DNA of 64,000 bases from Chloroflexota bacterium. Its GTDB lineage: Bacteria > Chloroflexota > UBA11872 > VXOZ01. The position numbers and the translations under genes were made by a program. Location of the stretch: the NCBI GenBank assembly GCA_963663275.1, contig OY760183.1:992001-1056000 (forward strand), written 5' to 3'. Shown in pieces: positions 1-8,626 of the stretch; position 1 is the stretch's first letter; the number at the start of each line of letters is the position of its first letter. Below the pieces are notes generated by a model. It did not search any database and was not told where the DNA came from. It saw only the letters and a list, made by a program, of their open reading frames with translations.

Positions 1-14
1 GCTCAGCCGGTTGC

Positions 15-950
15 TCAACCCGCCGCCACGGTCTGCCGCGCCAGCACCGCCTCCGCTTCACGGGTGGAGCGGTCGTGGTATTCCTCCCAATTCTCCAGGC
101 CGTACTCGCGCTTCATGCGCGCGATGGGCCAGGCGTCGTCGTTGGATTCCACCATGAACACGCCGTCGTCGCGGGTGCCGATGATGGTCACTCTACTGCC
201 GAAGTCCGACTGTATTTGGCGAATCTGCTCGTATTGCTGGTCGTAGTGGAAGACCTCGGCTTCCAGATCCACCGTGCTGTGCGCCACGTGCACGCCCAGG
301 CCGCTGGCGGCAATCTCGTCGCCCAGCTTGTTGATGATGCGGGAGCGGCCGCCGCTGACCGACGAGACGACGAGGTAGTTGTTCAGCCAGGCGTACGCCC
401 GCAGCCGCAGGCCGCCGTCGCACATGCTGGGAAAGACCACCAGTTCAGCCCCAGACTCGCCTATGCGCGCCCACTCGTCAGGGTAGTCCACGTCGAAGCA
501 GATGAGCATGCCCACGGCGCCGAAGTCGGTCTGGAATACCGGCACGTCCGTGTACACGCCGGGCACGGTGCCCGCCTCGAGTTCGCCCAGCGTCGGGTGA
601 ATCTTGTCGTACTGGCCGGTGATTTCGCCCTGGCGGTCGAAGAGCACGCCGGTGTTCACGCGGATGTTGCCGCGCACTTCGCACATCCCCGCCGCCACGT
701 ACATGCCGTGCTGGCGGGCTTTCGCGGCGAAGAGGTCCGACGTGGGCCCGGGAATGGCTTCCCAGGCTGCTTCACGCTCCGCTTGCGGCACGCCCAAGAG
801 GGTGAACTCTTCCGGCAGGCAGGCAAGATCGGCGCCCAGAGCGCCCATCCGGTCCAGCAGTTCAACGGCCAGGTCGTGGTTTGCGGCTACTGACGGGCGG
901 CCCGTCATGTGGGCGACGCAGGCGGTCGCCACCAACGCTTTGCGCGGCAT
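15..950 (-). CDS. Carbon-nitrogen hydrolase (nitrilase superfamily)
   Basis: E-K-C triad motifs LPEE, YDKIH, ICFD; 311 aa. Confidence 0.85.
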   Translation of the reverse strand: MPRKALVATACVAHMTGRPSVAANHDLAVELLDRMGALGADLACLPEEFTLLGVPQAEREAAWEAIPGPTSDLFAAKARQHGMYVAAGMCEVRGNIRVNTGVLFDRQGEITGQYDKIHPTLGELEAGTVPGVYTDVPVFQTDFGAVGMLICFDVDYPDEWARIGESGAELVVFPSMCDGGLRLRAYAWLNNYLVVSSVSGGRSRIINKLGDEIAASGLGVHVAHSTVDLEAEVFHYDQQYEQIRQIQSDFGSRVTIIGTRDDGVFMVESNDDAWPIARMKREYGLENWEEYHDRSTREAEAVLARQTVAAG

Positions 951-953
951 AGT

Positions 954-1205
954 CTACGCTCCTGTGTGTAAGAAGAACGCAAGGCCCAGGGCAGTGCACG
1001 TACTTGAGTATACTCCATCCCTCAACCCGGCGATGCGGGCTGCAAACCGGGGTCGACCCGCGGAACGGCAACCCAGCAGCACACGGGCGCCACGCTCCGC
1101 CAGGACTTTCGGCGCCGCGAATCCCACTCCGGTATTTGCCCCGGTAATGAGAAAAGTCTTACCTCGTTGATCGGGCACGTCGGCAGCGGTGAAATCACTC
1201 GTCAT
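954..1205 (-). pseudogene. Truncated short-chain dehydrogenase N-terminus
   Basis: DVPDQRGKTFLITGANTGVG...GARVLLGCRS is a typical SDR Rossmann start; similarity stops after about 48 aa and no YxxxK follows. Confidence 0.7.
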
Positions 1206-1580
1206 GATTAAGCCCGATTATCAGAATTTCCCGCTCCACTGATAGCCTCGAACGGATTCATTGTACCCGTAGTGTGTGGGGGCCTGTTTCGCGTGGATAG
1301 CTGAGGGTGGCAGGCGATTGGAAACACGGTCTCTTGCGCGCTGGCATCTCTCATGCGCGTGAGCCGGATGCTTGAGGCCGTCTCTCTAACGGTCAAGGTC
1401 GGACCCAATGCCCCGTGTATGGCCGGTGTAGCCGGGAGCGGCCCGCCGGAATGGTGAGGGCGCATTGTGGAACATGCCGGTAGTCTTGTATTGTAGGAAT
1501 CAGAGAGCAAGAACACGGTCGGTCGGGCGCGTGCGCTGTTGCGCAGCCCGGGCGACATAGCGGCACAGTGGAAGCAACAC

Positions 1581-3047
1581 GTGGGCTTCACGATACTACA
1601 CACCAACGACCTGCACGGTTTCGTCCGCGCCACACCCCGCCTGGCGCGTCATGTGCAAGACCAGCGCGCGCAAGGCGGTACCGTGCTCTTCGCGGACGTG
1701 GGCGACTACTTCCGGCTCAAGCGCCACCGGCGGCCGCAAGACGACGATCGCGTGACCGCCTGGACGCTGCGCACGCTTGGCTACGACGTCTTTACCCCGG
1801 GCAACGCGGAACTTTCGCGCTTCGATCCATGGCATCTGGATTTCCTGATTGCGCAGAACTGCGGCGCCATGCTCTGCACCAGCGGCTTCAACGCGCGGCT
1901 GCCCGCCTCCTGCCGGCCTTACCGGCTGTTCACGCTGGACGGCCATCGCGTGCTCTTCATCGGCGTCTGCACGGAAGACAACCACTGGGACATGGCGTCG
2001 CCGGCCAACAATTTCTATCCTTCCGCCCGCCGTTCGGCGGCGAAGACCGCCACCCTGGTGAACGCCTACCGCGACCGGGTGGACATGGTGGTGGTGCTCT
2101 CCCACTCCGGCATGGCGCAGGACATCCTGCTCGCCGAGCAGGTGCCGGAGATAGACCTCATTCTCAGCGGCCATTGCCACCATCCCACGCTGCGGCCGAT
2201 TTGCGTCGGCGATACCAAGATCGTCCAGGCCGGCCTGAACGGCATGTTTCTGGGCCAGGTGGACATAACGTTCGGCAACGGCAAACCCCTGATCGAGTCC
2301 AGCTTGCACACCATAGACGCGGATTCCCCCGAGGATCCGGTGATGGAGCGCCTGCTCCGCTTGCAGGGCCGGCGCAACGACCCCGACATGCTGCGCATCA
2401 TCGGCGAGGCCGGCGAGAACGTGGGGCACGGCTATCTGGCGAGCAACGGCCTGGGCAACGCGGTCACCGACATTTGGCGCGAAGCGACCGGCGCGGACAT
2501 CGCGTGGACGAAAGCCACCTTCATCACGCCGCTCTTCGCCCCCGGCCACGCGCTCACGGCCTGGGACATCCAACTCTGCGTCCGGGGGTTTCCGCTCTCG
2601 AAAGTGCTGACGCTCACGGGCGTGCAGGTGCGGCAGGCGCTGGAACACAGCGTGGCCGATCAGTCCCACGCTTTCCTGCCGCCGGACAGGCGCGACGAAC
2701 TGGTGAAGCAACTCGAGGACGCCTCCGCCCTGCCGGGCTGCAACTTCCTCCACCAGTCCGGTATGCAGGTGCACGTGGACTTGACGAAACCCACGGGCGA
2801 GCGCGTGCAGGACGTCCGCGTGGACGACAAGCCCCTGCGTCCCGAGGCTACCTACCGCGTGGCGATGGACGCTTTTCACGCCAGAGGCGGCTCGGCGTTT
2901 ACGATGCTGGCCGAAGCCCAAAGCCGCGAGGATCTGGACCTGGATAACCCGGTGGAGGCGCACGTGCGCGCCACGGGCACGCTGGAAGGCACGCTGGACG
3001 AGCGGTACCACCTCGCCGGGGCCTCGGCCCTGGCCGCGCTCGCCTGA
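1581..3047 (+). CDS. Bifunctional metallophosphatase / 5'-nucleotidase family protein
   Basis: HTNDLHG, DVGD, GNAE, LSHSG, SGHCH motifs plus 5'-nucleotidase C-terminal domain (GERVQDVRV...YRVA...GG); GTG start inferred. Confidence 0.8.
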   Translation: MGFTILHTNDLHGFVRATPRLARHVQDQRAQGGTVLFADVGDYFRLKRHRRPQDDDRVTAWTLRTLGYDVFTPGNAELSRFDPWHLDFLIAQNCGAMLCTSGFNARLPASCRPYRLFTLDGHRVLFIGVCTEDNHWDMASPANNFYPSARRSAAKTATLVNAYRDRVDMVVVLSHSGMAQDILLAEQVPEIDLILSGHCHHPTLRPICVGDTKIVQAGLNGMFLGQVDITFGNGKPLIESSLHTIDADSPEDPVMERLLRLQGRRNDPDMLRIIGEAGENVGHGYLASNGLGNAVTDIWREATGADIAWTKATFITPLFAPGHALTAWDIQLCVRGFPLSKVLTLTGVQVRQALEHSVADQSHAFLPPDRRDELVKQLEDASALPGCNFLHQSGMQVHVDLTKPTGERVQDVRVDDKPLRPEATYRVAMDAFHARGGSAFTMLAEAQSREDLDLDNPVEAHVRATGTLEGTLDERYHLAGASALAALA

Positions 3048-3071
3048 GCGCGGCGTGAACGTCCGGCGCAC

Positions 3072-3974
3072 GTGACTCGCACGCTGCTTTCCCTTACCGC
3101 AATCGGGGCCCTGGCCGTGGGCGCGTACGGCGTCCTGGTGGAACCCTACCGGCTGCGCGTGCGGCGCTTCCGCCTGCCAATCGCGCCCTTCCAAGACCCG
3201 GATACCGTGGTGCGCATACTCCACGTTACGGATATGCACCTGCGCGGCGGGGACGCGCGGCGCGTGCGCATGATCCAGCGCCTGGCCGGTCTGGAGCCGG
3301 ACCTGCTCCTGCTCACCGGCGATCTCATTCGCGGCGGCCGCGACCCGGAGGCTGAATTGGCAACCGTGCTGGCGGCGCTGGCGCCAATCCGCGCCCGCTG
3401 CGGCGCGTACGCCGTGCTGGGCAACCACGACCACGTGCGCCGCCACCGCGTCGGGGGTTGGCTGGGGCAACCGCTGCGCTTCCACGATACCGGCAATCTG
3501 GTGCGCGCGCTGGAATCCCACGGCATCCGCGTGCTGACCAACGCCCACGCGACCGTGACCGTGCGCGGCCAACCGCTAACCCTGGTGGGCGTGGACGACC
3601 CGTTCTACTGGCTGGACGACGTGCGCCGCGCTACGGCCGGCGCGCCCCGGGATACGCCGCGCCTGCTGCTGGCGCATACGCCCGACGTGGTGCGCGCGCT
3701 GGGCGACGAACGCTTCGACCTGATCCTCTGCGGACACACCCACGGCGGCCAGATCCGCCTGGCGGAGGGCATCGTCTGGCACACGAACACTCGCGAGAAA
3801 CTGCCGCGCAACGCCGGCTTGATGCGCCTGGGGCCTCATTTGGTCTACTGCTCCGCCGGGGTTGGCGTCTCGGTGCTGCCTATCCGGCTCAACTGCCCGC
3901 CGGAGGTCGGCTGGATCGAACTCGCCGCCGCGCCGCGCGCCCAAGCACCCGCATTGGCGGAGCCGGGTCGTTGA
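3072..3974 (+). CDS. Metallophosphoesterase (YkuE-like)
   Basis: DMH, TGD, GNHD, LAHTP, GHTHGGQI, RLNCPPE motifs; N-terminal hydrophobic anchor. Confidence 0.85.
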   Translation: MTRTLLSLTAIGALAVGAYGVLVEPYRLRVRRFRLPIAPFQDPDTVVRILHVTDMHLRGGDARRVRMIQRLAGLEPDLLLLTGDLIRGGRDPEAELATVLAALAPIRARCGAYAVLGNHDHVRRHRVGGWLGQPLRFHDTGNLVRALESHGIRVLTNAHATVTVRGQPLTLVGVDDPFYWLDDVRRATAGAPRDTPRLLLAHTPDVVRALGDERFDLILCGHTHGGQIRLAEGIVWHTNTREKLPRNAGLMRLGPHLVYCSAGVGVSVLPIRLNCPPEVGWIELAAAPRAQAPALAEPGR

Positions 3975-4024
3975 TGGTATCTTCCTGATAGGCATTGTGG
4001 CAGCAATTCTCACGCGAGGAAGCA

Positions 4025-5242
4025 ATGAGCACAGCAGAGGTAGCAACGCGCGTCCGCGAACTGGAACCGGATCTGGTGGCCATCCGGCGGCAGATCCACC
4101 AGCACCCGGAGGTCGCCTTCGAACTGGATCGCACCACCCGCATCGTCGCCGACCGCCTGGCGGCCGCCGGCTGGGAGGTGGAAACCGACGTGGGCGGGCA
4201 GGGCGTGGTCGGTATCCTGCACGGCAGCCGTCCCGGCAAGGTGCTCGCCATTCGTCCCGACATGGACGCCCTGCCGTTTCCCGATTGGAAGCAGGTACCC
4301 TACGCCTCGCAAGTACCCGACGTGATGCACGCTTGCGGCCACGACGCCCACACGGCTATCGGCATCGGCATTGCCGAGATTCTGGCCGGGATGCGCGATC
4401 AGATTTCAGGGACGGTAAAGCTGCTCTTCGATCCGGCGGAGGAGACCGGCGGCGGGTCCGAGGCGCTGGGCGGCCCGCCCTGCGGCCCCAAGGCCTTGCG
4501 CGCCGCCGGTGTGCTGGAAAACCCCAAAGTCGATGCTTTGATGGGCTTCCACAACCTGCCGGAAATACCGGTGGGGCAGGTGTGGGTGCGTCCCGGCGTT
4601 ATCTTTACGGGATACGATATGTTTTCCCTGGAGGTCACCGGCAAAGAAACCCACGCCGCCCGCAGACACCAGGGCAAAGACGCCATTCTGGCGGCAAGCC
4701 ACGTCATCCAAACGCTCTACGGCGCCGGTTCGCGCATGGCGCCGTCCAACCAGGTGTTCTCGCTGAACGTCGGCCTCATCGAAGGCGGCAAGGACCACAA
4801 TCTCATTCCATCGACGGCCACAATGCGGGGCACCGTGCGCTGCGGCGATCTGCCCACCCGCGCTGACCTTGGCGCGCGCCTGGAAGCCCTGGCAAAGTCC
4901 GCCGCGGAGAGCGCGGATTGCACCGCGGACTTCACGTTCACGCCCGGGAATCCGCCGGTGGTCAACGACCCCGCCTTGACAACGCTCGTGCACGAGACCG
5001 CGGCCGGTGCGCTGGGCGCGGATAACGCGGTGATCATGGACGCGCCGCTCCTCATCGGCGATACGTTCTGCTTCCTGGCCGAAGGCGTGCCCAGCGTCTA
5101 CTGGCTCTTCGGCTCCGGCAACGCCGACCGCGGCATCACCTACCCGCTCCACCACAGCCTCTACGACCTGGACGAAGCCTCCATCGGCCACGCCCTGCAA
5201 GTGGCGGTAGAAGCATCGCTGGGGTATCTCAACGGCGGCTAA
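4025..5242 (+). CDS. M20D family amidohydrolase
   Basis: HQHPE, RPDMDALP, MHACGHDAH, PAEE, LHH motifs; GAGGA SD before ATG 4025. Confidence 0.9.
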   Translation: MSTAEVATRVRELEPDLVAIRRQIHQHPEVAFELDRTTRIVADRLAAAGWEVETDVGGQGVVGILHGSRPGKVLAIRPDMDALPFPDWKQVPYASQVPDVMHACGHDAHTAIGIGIAEILAGMRDQISGTVKLLFDPAEETGGGSEALGGPPCGPKALRAAGVLENPKVDALMGFHNLPEIPVGQVWVRPGVIFTGYDMFSLEVTGKETHAARRHQGKDAILAASHVIQTLYGAGSRMAPSNQVFSLNVGLIEGGKDHNLIPSTATMRGTVRCGDLPTRADLGARLEALAKSAAESADCTADFTFTPGNPPVVNDPALTTLVHETAAGALGADNAVIMDAPLLIGDTFCFLAEGVPSVYWLFGSGNADRGITYPLHHSLYDLDEASIGHALQVAVEASLGYLNGG

Positions 5243-5301
5243 GCGCCAGGGCACGGTCGGACCTCGCTTGCCAGCGCACGGTTGGTCCCCGCCCGCACGT
5301 C

Positions 5302-5325
5302 GTAGCGCGGGGGCTTGTCCCCCGC
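5302..5325 (+). repeat. REP-like GTAG palindrome family A (GTAGCGCGGGGGCTTGTCCCCCGC); many copies, e.g. near 7879, 8488(rc), 15316, 15469, 15529, 18026, 18064, 31650(rc), 42392, 47955(rc), 50284, 50538, 50690(rc)
   Basis: GTAG tetranucleotide followed by GCGGGGG-CTTGT-CCCCCGC hairpin, seen directly in many intergenic gaps. Confidence 0.9.
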
Positions 5326-5422
5326 TTCTTGGCGCGCACTTTGCCCACCATCTCGGGCAAGATGCTTCGCTTGGTTGCCAATAGTACTGTCGAGAACTGT
5401 TGAAACGTGAGGTGAGAGTTCG

Positions 5423-6001
5423 ATGAAACAGCAGATTCCAAGACACAAGGTATTCATCAGCTACTTTCACGAGGACGATCAGGAATATAAAGACCGGCTC
5501 GTCCGGGCGTTGGAGAGCAAGGCTGTCGATAAGTCCGTGAGCCAGGGAGACATTCACGACGAGGGCCTTCATCTGGACGAAATCCGCCGCAGGATACGGG
5601 ACGACCACATCGCAGATGCCACCGTGACCATCGTTCTGATCGGCCGATGCACCTGGCAGCGCAAACACGTGGACTGGGAAATCTCAGCCAGCATCATCGA
5701 TAGGAAAAACAACCGGAGATGCGGCCTGTTGGGTCTCTTGTTGCCGAGTCATCCCGATTACCAAAAGGGGCAGAGCGCTAGAAATCCCCGGCTCATCCCG
5801 CCAAGGTTGGCTGCCAATATATCAGGTCCCGACCCCTTCGCAGTCATCTATGACTGGCCTAGGTCAAAGCTGTCCAAGAAAATCCTGCCGAAGATCCATG
5901 ACGCATTCCAAAGAAGAAGCAAGAAACCATGGCCGGATGACAGTCTGGCCCTGTTTCGAGATAACCGGAAAGGTAATTGCTTGAAGGGTTGGCAAAACTA
6001 G
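5423..6001 (+). CDS. TIR-like domain protein (MTH538/DUF1863, Thoeris ThsB-like)
   Basis: RHKVFISYFH, TVTIVLIGRCTWQRKHVDWEISAS with the catalytic-position Glu; visibly lower GC than flanks. Confidence 0.8.
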   Translation: MKQQIPRHKVFISYFHEDDQEYKDRLVRALESKAVDKSVSQGDIHDEGLHLDEIRRRIRDDHIADATVTIVLIGRCTWQRKHVDWEISASIIDRKNNRRCGLLGLLLPSHPDYQKGQSARNPRLIPPRLAANISGPDPFAVIYDWPRSKLSKKILPKIHDAFQRRSKKPWPDDSLALFRDNRKGNCLKGWQN

Positions 6002-6264
6002 AGGGTTGAACGCCGGTTTGCGGCTGGCGCGCGGAGTGTGGTACGTTGGAAACGCGCCAGTCAAGGCGTTGCCCGTTTCTTCTATGATTCCTCTGTTGCT
6101 TCAATCACAGCCGTGATTCCGTGACTCGCCGTGCACGGAGCGGTCGCGCACTCCCGTCGCACCGATTATCCCCCGCTCTGCCTTAACGCGCTGTCTGCAC
6201 GCAGCATCTCAAACCCGCGCCTATCCTCAGCTCGTCGCGCTCAAAAACGTTAAAGGGTACGCTT

Positions 6265-7869
6265 GTGAAGCGCTTCTTTCTTATGCTTGTACTCGGAGTG
6301 GGCCTAGCCGCTTGCGGCTCATCGGAAGAGGCAGCCGCGCCGCCGACACCGGAAGCGATACCAACCGTCATTAGAGTGACGCAGCCCACGCCGCGACCGA
6401 AACCGACGGCCCGCCCCATGCCGACGCGCGCGCCAAGACTGACGCCGACCCCCGTCCGTGAAATCATCTACGTGGTGCAAGCCGGCGACACCCTCTACTC
6501 CCTCGCCCAACGCTTTGGCGTTGACCTGCAAGCGTTCGCCGCGCACAACCAACTGGCGGATCCACGCAAGATCTACGTTGGTCAACGACTGCGCATCCCG
6601 CCTGCCGCGAGCATAGCGGCAACGCCGCCGGCAAGCCCCACGGCAGTGCGCGCGCACGGTATCGACTGCGCATTTCGTCTCGGCTTCTTGGAGATGTACG
6701 ACCTTATGCCGGCTATTGTGGGCCGGTGCTTGGAAGACGAGCGGTCTACCGCCAGCGGCGATAGCCTGCAAGAGACTACCGGCGGTCTCTTGGTGTGGCG
6801 CAAGGCCGGCAATCAGACTTCCTTCACTGACGGTCACTGGACCTGGATACACGGGCCTGACGGCCTCCAGCGGCGGCGCAACAGCGAACGCTTTGCTTGG
6901 GACCCACCGGACCCCGTGCTGGCCCAGGCGCTGGAGACGCTGCGCGTTACGCCCACCGGAGAGAGGGTCTACGAGCAGTTCATGCGGACGGGCGCCACGG
7001 CGCGCTTCGAACCGCTGGAAAGCATATCTCGCTATTCTTCTTTCCGTAACCTCATCATGGTAAACGAACAGTATCGCAACGAGAGTCCGGAAATCCTTGC
7101 CCACACGCTCATATGGCCGGCGATCGGCTTGTTCAATGCGGCTGAACGGACTCAGACCTGGAGCGTCTGCATGGAGAGTGTAATCGACCGAGAGGTTGCG
7201 CAAGCCCAGTGGTGGCACGAACTGTTCGGCGAACACGGCAAAGGCGACCCTACCGGCTTGGAGCAATGGGCAAACTACGAGGTGACCTTGTTGGTCAATG
7301 AGAGCCTGCGCTATTGGCTGCAACTAAGTCCGCACTATCGAGAACAGTGCGCGCGCTACGGCGCGCCGCCTCAGCGCATCGATCCGGAACTTGCCAAGGC
7401 GTACCGGCGAGCCCTGGTTAACGGTTCTTCCGATTTGGGCAAGGCGGCGGTGGCCATGGTCATTGCCGCTGAAACGGACGTGGAGTTTGCAGAGTCGGAC
7501 GGCTGGAACGGGCGGTATTCAGTCGCCCGCAACCGCATTCAGGTGAGTGCAGAACTCCGGGGCGGGAGCGTCGACGTGCTGGCGGCCGTGCTCATACACG
7601 AGACCATGCACGTGGCGCAGTATCAGATGCGGAGCGGCCGGCGTCTGCCGGCCGAGTGCGTCGAAGATGAGATAGAAGCGTTCGCCGCCGAAGCCCAGTG
7701 GTGGGCGGAGCGGCACGGCGAGGACGGTAAACGCAACCCCAATGAGGCCGAGCATCGAATGAACGGTCTCATGCGCGCCTGGCAATCTGAACTGCTGGAG
7801 GTGTTTGTACTGCTCAGCGACAACTATCAGGAACAATGCTTGGGCGGCGTTGTCGATCCCAGACCGTGA
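6265..7869 (+). CDS. LysM-domain lipoprotein with tandem zincin-like repeats (second has HEXXH)
   Basis: Lipobox LAAC, Pro/Thr linker, LysM (YVVQAGDTLYSLAQRFG...IYVGQRLRIP), LIHETMH and EDEIEAF. Confidence 0.75.
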   Translation: MKRFFLMLVLGVGLAACGSSEEAAAPPTPEAIPTVIRVTQPTPRPKPTARPMPTRAPRLTPTPVREIIYVVQAGDTLYSLAQRFGVDLQAFAAHNQLADPRKIYVGQRLRIPPAASIAATPPASPTAVRAHGIDCAFRLGFLEMYDLMPAIVGRCLEDERSTASGDSLQETTGGLLVWRKAGNQTSFTDGHWTWIHGPDGLQRRRNSERFAWDPPDPVLAQALETLRVTPTGERVYEQFMRTGATARFEPLESISRYSSFRNLIMVNEQYRNESPEILAHTLIWPAIGLFNAAERTQTWSVCMESVIDREVAQAQWWHELFGEHGKGDPTGLEQWANYEVTLLVNESLRYWLQLSPHYREQCARYGAPPQRIDPELAKAYRRALVNGSSDLGKAAVAMVIAAETDVEFAESDGWNGRYSVARNRIQVSAELRGGSVDVLAAVLIHETMHVAQYQMRSGRRLPAECVEDEIEAFAAEAQWWAERHGEDGKRNPNEAEHRMNGLMRAWQSELLEVFVLLSDNYQEQCLGGVVDPRP

Positions 7870-8009
7870 GAATGACGCGTAGCGCGGGGGCTTGTCCCCC
7901 GCCTGAGTGTGAGAAACGGTTCCGCAATGCGCAGGTTGCAAACCTGCGCTACCGGAGAGGTGAGGCGCCGCTTTTAGCGCCACTGTGTATGCGCGACGGC
8001 GCTTATTGG

Positions 8010-8444
8010 CTAATCGAGCGGCAGGTAGGCGAGCAACTCCGGTTCGATGTCTTCCAGCGGCAGCGGCTCGTGGCAGATGGTGACGTCGGGTGACGATTCA
8101 GTGGGGAGCCAGACGGCGCGGGCTACCACCAGGTTGTCCGCCACGAAGAAGACCAGGACGCGGGCGCGGGGGTAGCGGGCGCGGAGGAACGCGGCAAAGG
8201 GCAGGATGCGCGCGGTGCGTTGGGCATCGTCGAGCCCGTGCCAATACGCGATTGACGGTTCGTCCAGCGGCATGGCGATCAGATTGGCGACGCGCACCGC
8301 GCGCCGGTATGCCGCGTCGTCCGCGTCCTCAGCCAGCGCTTCAGGAGCCAGCGAGAGGAAGGCGTCGCAGTTCCAGTGTTCGCGCTTCTGTTCGCGGGAG
8401 ATTTCGTCCGCGGCGTCGCGGGCTTCTCGATTATTGCCTGCCAT
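8010..8444 (-). CDS. Hypothetical protein
   Basis: 144-aa ORF with ordinary composition; no recognised motif. Confidence 0.45.
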   Translation of the reverse strand: MAGNNREARDAADEISREQKREHWNCDAFLSLAPEALAEDADDAAYRRAVRVANLIAMPLDEPSIAYWHGLDDAQRTARILPFAAFLRARYPRARVLVFFVADNLVVARAVWLPTESSPDVTICHEPLPLEDIEPELLAYLPLD

Positions 8445-8518
8445 GTGCCTTGCCTGCCTGTGCCAAGTGTGTAGACGCCGGTCGCCAGCGGGGGACAAGC
8501 CCCCGCGCTACGTGCTTT

Positions 8519-8551
8519 CCCCTCACCCCGGCCCTCTCCCCAGGGAGAGGG
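8519..8551 (+). repeat. Palindrome family D (CCCTCACCCYRRCCCTCTCCC-n-GGGAGAGGG); copies near 19883, 23301, 23394, 36734, 36831, 37085, 46691, 46767, 50186, 50241, 50351, 57341
   Basis: Recurrent sequence seen directly in intergenic regions. Confidence 0.85.
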
Positions 8552-8626
8552 AGTCTAATCGCCTGTCGGCCTGACTACAATGATCCAACCCGTATGGGTT
8601 ATCCAACCCTCATGCTCACGTTGTGC

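Noticed and set aside
1208-1633. 141-aa ORF
   Set aside because: No motif, overlaps the nucleotidase start, atypical composition.
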